From: Octopus vulgaris | Lineage: Eukaryota | Reading direction: 5' to 3' | Length of the DNA: 64,000 nucleotides | NCBI GenBank assembly: GCA_951406725.2 | Contig: OX597831.1 | Coordinates: forward strand, 72,912,001-72,976,000 | Part shown: in pieces, positions 13,990 through 26,590 of the stretch | How the letters are laid out: each line of letters starts with the position of its first letter | How positions within the stretch are numbered: the stretch's first letter is position 1 | Notes under the pieces: model-generated | Database searches by the model: none | What the model was told of the DNA's origin: nothing | Seen by the model: the letters and a program-made list of their open reading frames with translations, nothing else | Translations under genes and position numbers: made by a program

Positions 13990-13991
<2 letters not shown>
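13160..13991 (-). mobile_element. maT (DD37D) Tc1/mariner transposon remnant, internally deleted
   Basis: MVFGMI..WQQDSAPCH-(37)-SPDCNPIDYYVWG, with terminus TA-CAGGGTG at 13991. An inverted internal fragment lies at 13045-13149. Confidence 0.85.
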
Positions 13992-14026
<35 letters not shown>

Positions 14027-14859
14027 ATGTGTGTGTGTGTGTGTATATATTTCTTTACTACCCACAAGGGGCCAAACACAGAGGAGACAAACAAGGACAG
14101 ACAAAGGGATTAAGTCGATTACATCGACATCTGTGCGTAACTGGTACTTAATTTATCGACCCCGGAAGGATAAAAGGCAAAGTCGACCTCGGCGGAATTT
14201 GATCTCGGAATGTAATGGCAGACGAAATATGGCAACGCATTTCGCCCGGCGTGCTAACGTTTCTGCCAGCTCGCCTATATATATATATATGCACACACAC
14301 ACATACACATATATATGAACACACATATATATATTGCTACATATAGATACATAGACAGATCTATGGATATATAGATATATGCATATAACCAAATGATTTT
14401 GAAATTATATATATGTTCATAAACATGCACACACATGTATATATGAGTATATATATATATGCACACATACAGATGCACACATATGCCCACATATTTACAT
14501 ATGGACTTATATGGACATGATTGTGCAGAACAAGCAACCACTTGTAACACATAAATATGAATTTCATAAGTGCAAATAAAAACATGCCAGTCACTCGCTG
14601 ATTTTAAAAACCATTGTAAGCTTCATGGTTTCTATAACAAAAAAAAAAAAACCGAAATAAGATATTTTGGCAGAGACAGACATACTTATGTGACAAATCA
14701 ATGGCTACAATATATATGTATATAATATATGTGTATACAACATACATGTATATGTATATATGTATACAGCAGAAATTTAGATTCAGATGAATATGGTACT
14801 TAAGTTGAGGCACCAGAATTTAGTACGGTATTATCCATACAATTTCAAAAAAGGTGATT

Positions 14860-15300
14860 ATAATCAAAATAAGCAACAAGGATATCCAGAGGTGATGCAG
14901 TACGATCGTTTCACACATCTCCATTTAATTGAACAATGCAACCATTACATCAATTTAAATGCAGAGCAATCCTCAGCTACATAAATACATAGAATTTAAT
15001 TAAAATAAAACAGATGGACACATTAGTATAATTTTACTTAAAATCTCCAAGAAGTTAAGGAGATAGACAAAGAACATGCTGCCTTCACTTCAGCTTAGAA
15101 GCTACTAAGCATGTTCTTTGTCTATCTCCTTAACTTCTTGGAGATTTTAAGTAAAATTATACTAATGTGTCCATCTGTTTTAATTTAATTAAATTCTATG
15201 TCTTTGTGCAGCTGAGGATTGCTCTGTTCAATTAAATGGAGATACGTGAAACGATCGTACTGCATTGCCTCTGGATATCCTTGTTGCTTATTTTGATTGT
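14860..15300. mobile_element. Fold-back (palindromic) element with an HHR in each arm
   Basis: Arms of about 200 bp, centre at about 15081-15107. HHRs at 15207-15264 (+) and 14896-14981 (-). Confidence 0.85.
15207..15264 (+). ncRNA. Type I hammerhead motif
   Basis: TGCAG-CTGAGGA-..-GAAAC-GATC-GTA-CTGCA. The left-arm copy retains a longer stem II. Confidence 0.75.
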
Positions 15301-16049
15301 ATATCATCATCATCATCGTTTAACGTCCACTTTCCATGTTAGCATGGATTGGACAATTTGACTGAGAATTGGCGAACCAGATGGCTGCACCAGGCTCCAA
15401 TCTGATCTGGCAGAATTTCTACAGCTGGATGCCCTTCCTAACGCCAAACACTCCGAGAGTGTAGTGAGTGCTTTTAAAGTGCCACCGGCACGAGTGCCAG
15501 TCTGGCGGTACTGACAACGGCCACGCTCGAAAATGGTGTTTTTTACGTGCCACCTGCACAGGAGTCAGTCCAGCAACACTGGGAACAACCTCGCTCCAAT
15601 GATTTGTTCACGTGCCACCGGCACAAGTGCCAGTGAAGTGACATATATATAATGAGAATTTACAAAACAAACAAAAGACAAAGACAGGTGTGTAAACAAC
15701 AAACAGATGTATTAGTTTAACACTCAAGAAGTGAGAAAATCTTTTACGTTTTGAGCCTATGCTCTTCGACAGAAAGGAACGCAGAAATAAACAGGGAGAG
15801 AAAATAAAATAAAATATACGTACATACATATATATATATATATATGATGATGATGATGATATATATATACTTTATTAATAAAGTTGCAAAGACATCACAA
15901 AAACTGTTACTCTGAGTAACAAGTTTTCTAACAGTTTTTGTGATGTCGTTGCAACTTTAATAATAATAAAGCATATTACTCTACCTCCGGTCGTCAAGTA
16001 CTATTTTTCCTCCTTGTCTCACATTTATGTGCTTACTCTGGTATATATA

Positions 16050-17658
16050 CAGTGGGGGGAAATAAATATTCGTACATGTCAAAATTCTTTATTTATCTAA
16101 TTTCAAATGAACATAAATGGGATATACCAATACTATATTTGCATACACATGCATAAACTAAGAATATGCAAAAGAAACTAATAAATTATAGTTATTAAGG
16201 AATTTATATACAATTATAAATATTTAGGGGTGAAAAAAGTATTCGTACAGAACATAAATAACTGATAATTCTGATTTAATACTTCGTAGCATAACCATTA
16301 TTCAGTTCCACTTCAACCAATCTCTTCTTGTAGTTCTTTATTAATGACTTGCATGTTTCTTTAGGAATTTTTTCCCATTCTTCTTGACAAATTTTCTTCA
16401 AATCTGGAATGCACGTTGGGGCTCTTGAATGAATTTTAATTTTCAAATAACGCCACAAATTTTCAATGGGGTTAAAGTCAGGTGACTCACTTGGCCATTC
16501 TAATAATTTTATATTGTGATCGACAATCCATTTTTTGGTAGACTTTGCCGTGTTCTTAGGGTCGTTATCCTGTTGTAAAACCCACCCTTCACAAAGCTGG
16601 AGCTTTTCTACAGAGTCCCATAAATTATTGCTCAAAATATTTTGGTACATCTCTGCATTCATTCTACCATCTATCACATGTAAATTGCCAGTACCATTTG
16701 CAGAGAAACACCCCCACACCGTGATGTTGCCACCTCCAAACTTTATGGTAGGAATTGTGTTTTTCAGCGAATAGGCAGTACCATCTTTTCTCTAAACATG
16801 GCTACGTGAATTTCTTCCAAACAATTCAATTTTCGACTCGTCTGTCCATAGAACATTTTCCCAGAATGTATCAGGTTTATCTTTATGTTCATAAACAAAT
16901 TTTAAATGGGCATCTCTATGCCTTTTAGTCAACAGCGGAGTTTTTCTAGGAGAGTGTGACTTCAGTTCATTCCTATAAAGTTCATTGCTGATTGTTCATA
17001 GTGTAACACTAGTGCCTGAAGCTAACAAATCTTCTTACAACTCCTTTCTGGTGATCATTGCGTTTTTTTCGATTCTTCACTTCATTTTTCTTAAAGATCT
17101 AGGGGAAATCTTGCATGGTGCACTGGATCATATTCTGTTTTCAACAGTTCCTGATTTTTTATATCTTTGAATAAATGAAGATATGGTAGAAAATGGAATA
17201 CAAAGGGTCTCTGATATTTTCCTGTAACTTTTACCTGCTTTCCACTGTTCAATAATTAAGTTTTTCACTGTATTTGTGAGTTTTTTACTTTTCACCATTA
17301 TTACGATACTACTTTATGTTGTCTCAGTGCTGAATGAAGAAGCTAGCGTTTTGACACTTAAAAATGACAACTGATAAGATTATTGGAACAAACGAGAAAG
17401 TTCTAGTAAAAAAAAATTATTTTAACAGTATTTTGTGGCTTAGAAAATCATAAATTTATTCTGTACGAATACTTTTTTCACCCCTAAATATTTATGATTG
17501 TATATAAATTCCTTAATAACTATAATTTATTAGTTTCTTTTGCATATTCTTAGTTTATGCATGTGTATGCAAATATAGTATTGGTATATCCCATTTATGT
17601 TCATTAGAAATTAGATAAATAAAGAATTTTGACATGTACGAATATTTATTTCCCCCCA

Positions 17659-17661
<3 letters not shown>
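16050..17661 (-). mobile_element. Full-length Tc1-family transposon (DD34E, IR-DR type)
   Basis: Near-identical TIRs of about 203 bp (CAGTGGGGGG...), TA flanks, and internal direct repeats TATTCGTACA. Confidence 0.95.
16276..17298 (-). pseudogene. Tc1 transposase pseudogene
   Basis: ATG at 17298; motifs WTDESK, WGCFS and QQDNDPK-(34)-PDFNPIE; several in-frame stops in the N-terminal half. Confidence 0.92.
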
Positions 17662-17701
<40 letters not shown>

Positions 17702-17836
17702 ATAAACAGGTGATGAGGAAAGCACCGGCACAGTTGCAGGAATTGATGTACCTTAAGAGACCCAGAACGGGTCAAAACATGTGCTGTACCAAATAAAGTC
17801 TATTACACATTCCATTTTCCATTTTATTAATACAGT

Positions 17837-17956
<120 letters not shown>

Positions 17957-17986
17957 GACGCTAAACGATGATGATGATGATGATGA

Positions 17987-18025
<39 letters not shown>

Positions 18026-18344
18026 AAATTAAGATAGGGGTTATGGGTGTAACCCACTATGGGATATCATTTATCCAATATACTGTTGGTAAAGTACCCA
18101 AATTCTTAATACATAAATGTTTTTAATTGCAATGCAATTAAGTCATTGATTGTATTAAATGGGTGAAGGTAAAGAAATATTTTTACCAAAAATTTATAAT
18201 ACAAATAAGAAAATGGAGAAACAAATTCAGTTTGTTCATCAACTTAGGGATCTCATTTGCAAAATGTAAAATGATTAAATAATCTAACATTTTAATATCC
18301 ATAAGTTGATGAAAAAACTGAATTTGTTTCTCCCTTTTCTTATT

Positions 18345-18761
<417 letters not shown>

Positions 18762-19059
18762 TGTATGTATGTATGTATCATCATCATCATCCTCATCATT
18801 TAATGTCCACTTTCCATGGTAGCATGGATTGGACGATTTGACTGAGGGCTGGCAAACCAGATGGCTGCACCAGGCTCCAGTCTGATCTGGCAGAGTTTCC
18901 ACAGCTGGATGCCCTTCCTAACACCAACCACTTCAAGAGTGTAGTGAGTGCTTTTACATTCCACTGTCATGGGCCAGTCCAGTGACACTGGCAACATCCT
19001 CGCTCAAATGCTTTTTCACGTGCCACCAGCACGGAAGCCAATGTATGTATGTATGTATG

Positions 19060-19192
<133 letters not shown>

Positions 19193-19199
19193 TGTGATT

Positions 19200-20120
19200 T
19201 GGAGCAGGCTTTCAACAGCATACTGAGACCTGGAATGTGGGTCCCGTTCCAATTGTCCCAACTGTTTTACATACCTCATCCAGGCCCTACATGATGGAAT
19301 GTTCTGGCTGGCTCATAGTCAAGAATAGTCTCATAGTCAATTACGACTGGCCTGAAGCAAGGATGCATCCTCACTCCCATTCTGTTTTCTCCTCTACCTT
19401 AGTGCCATGATCCTTGAGATCCCTGATCAAGCTCCTATGTAGACATCAACAACAGAATTGATGGAGGACTTTTCAGCATTTCTCACTTCAGAGCTTCTCA
19501 ACTGACCACCGAGGCCAAGGGGCACAAGCTGCAGTATGATGATGACAATGACAATCATGTGCACTCATTTTCCAGTCTTCAGAAAGGATACCCCCACTTG
19601 CAAGTTCCAAATAAAAAGACCATTTCTATACAGTGAAGTAGAAAAGGAATCACAACCAGGAAAATGTGTATACCTGCTTTTGTCTAGTCACAACCATAAT
19701 GAAGATGAAGATCCTTGCACAGGGAGCCCTTAGTCGACCTCACTCTGACACCAGTGACATAAGGCTACTTGGTGCTGTCCTGGAAACTGTGGGGGTTTAC
19801 CCATGACTCGGAAGCTACCATTTAGAAAGACATCAACAATAGGATCTGCGCGTCCCATACTGCTTTTGGAAGACTCTTGAAATAGGTCTTCCTAAACCAT
19901 GACCTCACCCTCCAAACAAAAATCCTGGTACTCTGAGCCTTCAAACTTTCCCCCTTCCTCTACGGCTGTGAAACAAGGGTGTTGTATTGATGAGACTTGA
20001 AGTAAATCAAACACAAACTTCAAGTAATCATAAGGATTTAATGGAAGAACTGCCCAACATTGAAGTTACCATGGCATGACACAGTCTCCGCTGGTCTGGA
20101 CAGATCATACATATGCCTCA
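19200..20120 (+). pseudogene. RTE-like LINE RT remnant
   Basis: GLKQGCILTPILF, LQYDDD, LYGCET and LRWSG; heavily degenerate. Confidence 0.7.
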
Positions 20121-21557
20121 TATGAATATGAGCAATTAGCTCTGAGTAAGTTATGAGTGGTTCCCCATATTTTCAGTTGTTCAGTGGCTCAATTGATAAC
20201 ATTGAAACTTAAACGCACCCAAATACATATCTGAAACAGCTGTAAGCCTATGATAAATAAACAGATGTATATAACCCATTCTCTCTCCATTTTTTTACCT
20301 CTTAATCCTTTCTATCAAAGAGCATAGGCTCGAAATGTAAAAAGCTTTTCTATTCTTCTCAAGCATTAAACTAATACACCTGCTTGGTGGTCTTACACCT
20401 GCTTGGTGGTCTTACACCTGTCTTAATCTTTTGTCTTCTATAAATTTGAACTATATATCATGGCTGGTTGCTGACATATTTTCCCACTTTGTATGGACAT
20501 TTTATCCTGTCTCTGCTGTTCTATCAGTGTTTGTGTATTTGAAAATCACGTTTCGATGGAAACTGAAAGAAGCCCATTGTACATATGTGCGTGCGTGTGT
20601 GTGCATGTGTAGGTGTGTGTGCATATGTAGGTGTGTGCATGTGTAGGTGTGTGCATGTGTGTGTTTGTGTGTTTCCTCTACCAACCACTGTACACATGAC
20701 AACTAGTGTTGGTTTGTTTACATCCCTGTAACTTAGCAGTTCAACAAAAGAGAACTGATGCAATAAGAACCGGTCTTAAAAGAGAAAGTTCTGAGGTCCA
20801 CTCATTTGACTAAAAACTCTTTAAGGCAGTGGTGCCCCAGCATGGCCACAGTCTGATGACTGAAACGAGTACTTCAAGGCAGTGGTGCCCCAGCATGGCC
20901 ACAGTCTAATGAGTGAAACAAGTAAAAGATAAAAGATAAGAAATATTCAAAAGGGTTAGTAACCCGGTGATGGCCTCCTTGACTTGGATTGTCCTCTTCT
21001 GCCATACACAATGGACTTGTGTCTGATGTAATAATTGTGTGATCCGGCCCAAGCCAGACCGGATCAAGTCATCAGCCAGGGATTACCAGGGAAATTAGGA
21101 TCTCTGAGTTGACCTCCTCCACACCCCTGCCACTATTGATCAATTTGATCAGAGCCAACCAAATCTATACAACAACAGCGACAACAGGAACAAACATACG
21201 GATTGAAATAACTGAAGAAGGATCGACGTTTCCTGGTTGTTATTTCTCTCCCACTTCACTGCATAGAAATGGCCTTTTTATTTGGAATTTGCAAGTGGGA
21301 ATTTCCTTTCGTAGTTTTAAGCCATCATTGTCATCGTCATCATCATCGCTGTCGTTGTTATTGTCATTGTCGTCAGCACCATCATCACTAACACCAACGC
21401 TGTCATCATCATCATCATCACCATTATCATCATGATAATCATCATCATCATGATAATCATCATCATCATCATCATAATCATCATTGTCGTCGTAGACATT
21501 GTTGTCATCACCATCATCATCACTATCACCATCATGACGATGACCACCACCACCATT

Positions 21558-21608
<51 letters not shown>

Positions 21609-22087
21609 GTTTCATATCCATTTTCCATATTAGAATAGGTCGGACTAGTTGTTGCTGATCCCCAAGTCAGTTCTTATTCGGAGTTTCTGACTTCTTTGAC
21701 CATGTCACAGAACTCGTATGTGCTCCTTCGTAGAAAGCAAATAGAAGGGAGCACATGATGTATCATCATCATCATCATCATCATCATCGTTTAATGTCCG
21801 TTTTCCACACTGGCATCGGTTGAAGAACAGTTTGAGAAGGCCTGACAAGTCGCATATTGAGCTGTGGTGTTACCTTTGATATGGTTTTCACTGCTGGACA
21901 CCCTTCTTAAGGACAACCACTTTACAGCATGTGCTGGCGCTGTTTTCCATGCCACCAGATCTGGTGAGGTCACCAAATATGTTGCAAGACAAGAAAGGAA
22001 GAGAGAAAAAAAGGAAAAAGGTCCCCTCAAGAGGGGAGGGAAAACATGAAAGGCAAGGAGGTGTTTAGAAGCATGATACATACATCC

Positions 22088-22134
<47 letters not shown>

Positions 22135-22233
22135 TAATCCAAACATGAAAACACAAAGAGAAAACACAACAATGCGAGGACGTGGAACAAGTATAGTATT
22201 ATTGGACGCTCAGGAAAGAAGGAAAGAAGGAGG

Positions 22234-22268
22234 GTTTAACGTTTCGAGCGGAGCTCTTCGTCAGAAAC
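22234..22268 (-). ncRNA. Minimal type I hammerhead ribozyme
   Basis: GTTT-CTGACGA-A-GAGC-TCC-GCTC-GAAAC-GTT-AAAC, inside an element of about 210 bp (22130-22340) next to (TA)n. Confidence 0.8.
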
Positions 22269-22430
22269 ATAGGAAAAGGAAAGATCCAAAGAAGAGAAGA
22301 TGGAGGAAAAAAATCACCAATGGTACACATGCGGTCACACACAAGCATGTATACGTGTATATATATATATATTACGGGGATATACTTGCATAGCAAGTGA
22401 TCTGATCTACAATCGTGTGTTGGAACAAAA

Positions 22431-22630
22431 ACAATTGCAGCGTGGAAAGTGTTTATAAGCCATTTAGGAAACACACATTTCTGAGAGGCAGCACAGAATT
22501 TTGTCAGTGAACAGGTCGTGGTCACAAAGTGATGAAAATATTTTGGCAAATTAAATTTAAATGTTGAAGTGAATCTAACGGTTTTTGTTTGTCTTAAATG
22601 GCTTTTAAACACCTTCCACGCTGCAATTGT
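22431..22630. mobile_element. Short element with ~36-bp inverted repeats
   Basis: ACAATTGCAGCGTGGAAAGTGTTTATAAGCCATTTA pairs with TAAATGGCTTTTAAACACCTTCCACGCTGCAATTGT. Confidence 0.7.
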
Positions 22631-22690
<60 letters not shown>

Positions 22691-22719
22691 CACATATATT
22701 CATATACGCAAACATGCAT

Positions 22720-23085
22720 ACGAGCTCTGGTCAATAAATATCTGGACTGTTCTTCTCCATATTCCTTGCTGTCCCATCAATTAACTGTTGATCCATTGAA
22801 TAAAGTTCTGGGGAGACCTGCAACCAGCAGAACTGAGAAACACATCGCAGATGTGCATGCAGCTGTGAGGGGAAATCATTGAATCCCCATCCATAAATTA
22901 TCAGAGGATGTGCAGATTAGTTACAGTTCAACTCTGTCCATTATCACTGAAGATTTGGGTATGAGACGCATGTCTGCCAAGCTTGTGCTAAAACTGCTTT
23001 CAGCTGACCAAAAGGACCCTCGGGTTTCAGTTGCACAAGATCTTGATTGAATTGAGAACGATGAAAACTTTCTGAAAACTTTGCA
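22720..23085 (+). mobile_element. Mariner transposase N-terminal remnant
   Basis: TACGAG terminus; reads GRPATSRTEKHIADV...IITEDLGMRRMSAKLVLKLLSADQK, a variant of the WVPHEL linker. Confidence 0.7.
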
Positions 23086-23199
23086 TTCTAATATCTTCAT
23101 TGTTCCAAATATGGTGTCTGAGGTTTTTGTTCCTCCAGGGGTACAGTTGATTGTATCTTTACTATCAGATAATTTCAGGAAAAGTGCATTGAACAGAAT

Positions 23200-24725
23200 C
23201 TTGCCCTATATCATTACCTTGTTGATTTAAGCAAAGTATTCGATACTGTTAATCGAAATTGCCCAGAAAAATTTGTGAACATGATCAAGGCTTTGAATCA
23301 AGATATGAAGGCTAGAGTTAATTTTGGTGTCAGGTTCTCTGAATCTTTTGCCATGGAAAATGGAGTAAAGCAAGTGATGCACCCACCCTCTTTGCAATAT
23401 ACTTTGCTATTGTGTTGTCACATGCTTTTCAAAACTCCAAGTGGGGTATTTACATAAAATATCGAACAACAGGGAATGTTTTTAATCTGATCAGACAGAA
23501 ATTCAAAACAAAAGTCTTTACTTCACACATCAGTGAACTTTTATATGCTGAAGATTGTGATCTAGTCAGTCACTCTGAACTGGGCCTGCAATCTCTTGTA
23601 TCTGCATTTGACTCAGCTTGTGGTGATTTGGGCTTGACCATCAACTTGAAAAAAACTGTTGTAATGTATCAACCTGCACGTGGTGCTGTTTGTAACCCAC
23701 CTAAAATTTTTGTAAATGGTAAATTACTTGAGGTTATTGAGTCTTTTATCTACCTCAGAAGATCTACAAAATAATGGAAATCTGGACACAGAAATACATC
23801 TCTGAATTCAAAGGGCAGCACAAGCATTTGGTGGTTTGGGGTCATGTGTTTAGCACCAGCAACATATAAATAACAATACAAAATTGTCTCTTTACAAATC
23901 GTTTGTCTTACCATCCCTGATGTATTCTTCTGAAACATGGATGTGCTATGAAAGACATTTCAAATTGTTTGAATGATTCCACCAAAAGTGCCTTCACTGC
24001 ATTTCAAACATTAAATGGGGCTTTTTTTTATTCCAGATACAGATAACTTTGTGTCTGCAGGCATCACTTCAATTAAATGAATGATTCTGAAAAATCAAAT
24101 GCGATGGTCTGGCCATATTGTTCGAATGGCGGATAAACACACAACCAAACAGCTGTTTTATGGCGAGCTTGCAGAAGGAAATGTAATTGGTGTAAACCTA
24201 AAATAAGGTTTAAGGACGGCATAAGGACTACCATGAAGTCACTTGGAATGAATCCAAAGGCCATAGAAACCCTTATTTTGGATTGAGCCGGTTGGCGAAC
24301 AAAAGTGTGGAGTGGAGTAAAAGTGTTTGAGGAGGCCAGGATAATACATGCCAGGCTCAAGAGAGATTTGAAGAAGAGTGTTGCAATCGAAAAGGTGAAC
24401 CTTAGTGACCATTTGTGTGCACAGTTTGTGACAGATCATGCGCTTTCTTTTGCTGAGCACAAATCTCATTTGAGAACCCATGAAAAACGAACCTCCAAAA
24501 ACTATTCTGCCTATATATCTGTGCGTACCTTTCAATGCCGTGTATGCCACAAGGTCTGAAAATCTAACGGAGGCCACAAAAGATATTTTAAGAGCCACAA
24601 AGACCAGAACTTAACTGCAGCTCTTGGTTGTCCAAATCAGATTTGCAATCTATGTGGGTGTCTTTGCAATGCATTGTCTGGTTTAAAAAGCCACAGCAGA
24701 TGCCATGACGGACCTAAGGTGTAAG
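23200..24725 (+). pseudogene. RTE-like LINE RT remnant with C-terminal C2H2-like fingers
   Basis: VDLSKVFDTV, NGVKQ, ELLYAED, GLTINLKKT and RWSGHIVRM, followed by CRVC..H and CNLC..H motifs; frameshifted. Confidence 0.8.
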
Positions 24726-24856
24726 TACAAGACGTGGTCAGAGCCTGTATGAGGAGTAGACAACCATCATATATGTGTGTGTATGTGCTTGTGTGTGTGT
24801 ATAGATATACATATATATGTGTGTGTGTGTGTATGTATATATATATATGTATGTAT

Positions 24857-24904
<48 letters not shown>

Positions 24905-25371
24905 AATATAAGAGAGTGGTCACTATATTGCTCACTCTAGCACCAGTTAATCCAAAAGGTTTCAACCACGAAAATACATGTTTCCCATGAAAGTCAGTAC
25001 GTGGTTGAAACCTTTTGGATTAACTGGTGCTAGAGTGAGCAATATAGTGACCACTCTCTTATATTTATTTTGTAAAAATATTATAATATGTTATAAAATA
25101 TTATAATAATCCAGGTTTCTCGTAGCACTAGGCCACTTGGTGTTGAATAAATATACTATTAAATTAGTATCTAATTCTCTCACCCTTGTTAATTAATTAT
25201 AATTATGCTGCATTTATTTCTAAATGCTGTATTTGTTTTCCGTGAAAGTTTGGCGCGCTGTTGGTTGGGGCATTTGAATTATAACGTCGGATGTAATCAA
25301 TTGAACCACACGCGTATTTATCGTTATGGTAAAATCTGGCGTGTGATTGAGTGGATTTCATCCAGATAGTC

Positions 25372-25448
25372 TTGGCTGACGAGCTACAAATGGATTTTTT
25401 GTAAGTAATATTACATTTAATTCATTAATAGCGAAACAATTGTCCCAA
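25372..25448 (+). ncRNA. Type I hammerhead ribozyme, canonical core
   Basis: TTGG-CTGACGA-GCTA..TAGC-GAAAC-AATT-GTC-CCAA. Confidence 0.88.
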
Positions 25449-25905
25449 AATAATCTGTATTTTTGTTATTTTTTATTTGCCCTGTCCGTGTGAGCTAACA
25501 GTCGTACTGACTTTCATGGGAAACATGTATTTTCGTGGTTGAAACCTTTTGGATTAACTGGTGCTAGAGTGAGCAATATAGTGACCACTCTCTTATATTT
25601 ATTTTGTAAAAATATTATAATATGTTATAAAATATTATAATAATCCAGGTTTCTCGTAGCACTAGGCCACTGGGTGTTGAATAAATATACTATTAAATTA
25701 GTATCTAATTCTCTCACCCTTATTAATTAATTATAATTATGCTGCATTTATTTCTAAATGCTGTATTTGTTTTCCGTGAAAGTTTGGCGCGCTGTTGGTT
25801 GGGGCATTTGAATTATAACGTCGGATGTAATCAATTGAACCACACGCGTATTTATCGTTATGGTAAAATCTGGCGTGTGATTGAGTGGATTTCATCCAGA
25901 TAGTC

Positions 25906-25982
25906 TTGGCTGACGAGCTACAAATGGATTTTTTGTAAGTAATATTACATTTAATTCATTAATAGCGAAACAATTGTCCCAA
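25906..25982 (+). ncRNA. Type I hammerhead ribozyme, second tandem copy
   Basis: Identical to 25372-25448 and located 534 bp downstream. Confidence 0.88.
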
Positions 25983-26590
25983 AATAATCTGTATTTTTGT
26001 TATTTTTTATTTGCCCTGTCCGTGTGAGCTAACAGTCGTACTGACTTTCATGGGAAACATGTATTTTCGTGGTTGAAACCTTTTGGATTAACTGGTGCTA
26101 GAGTGAGCAATATAGTGACCACTCTCTTATATTTATTTTGTAAAAATATTATAATATGTTATAAAATATTATAATAATCCAGGTTTCTCGTAGCACTAGG
26201 CCACTTGGTGTTGAATAAATATACTATTAAATTAGTATCTAATTCTCTCACCCTTATTAATTAATTATATATATATATATATACAATATGTTACATTACT
26301 CGGTAGTCAAGATAAAACTCTGAGTTTCAGATGCCGAAGTGGAAATCCACAACACCATCTCTTCGGTTATCTGGCTATTTGAAAACGTTATGAAAAAATA
26401 CCGTTAAAAATGAAGGGAAATTACTCTGTTATAACTCTGCTTTGCCTGCATACTTATACATCGCTCGCATTTTTCGTCATAAAAATTATATAAAAATACA
26501 TAAAAATATATAAAAATATATAAAAATATATAAAATCTTCTTGGGACATAACACAGAAAGCATGTTCTATCCGTTTTCTTTAGGGGACCA

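Larger units (their letters stand above)
24900..26266 (+). mobile_element. Non-coding 534-bp tandem repeat (about 2.4 units) with an inverted 5' segment; retrozyme-like or non-autonomous PLE
   Basis: Units start at 25001, 25535 and 26069 and are near-identical. 24900-25001 is the reverse complement of the unit junction. Each full unit has an HHR, and the array is flanked by (TA)n. Confidence 0.85.

Noticed and set aside
20840-20872. CTGATGA-CT-GAAAC resembling an HHR core
   Set aside because: There is no stem II, and this is the SINE A tail, whose other copies read CAGTCAAATGACTGAAAC.
21204-21247. GAAATAA-CTGAAGA-AGGA..TCCT..TTATTTC
   Set aside because: It has stem I and a half core, but no GAAA follows stem II on the same strand.
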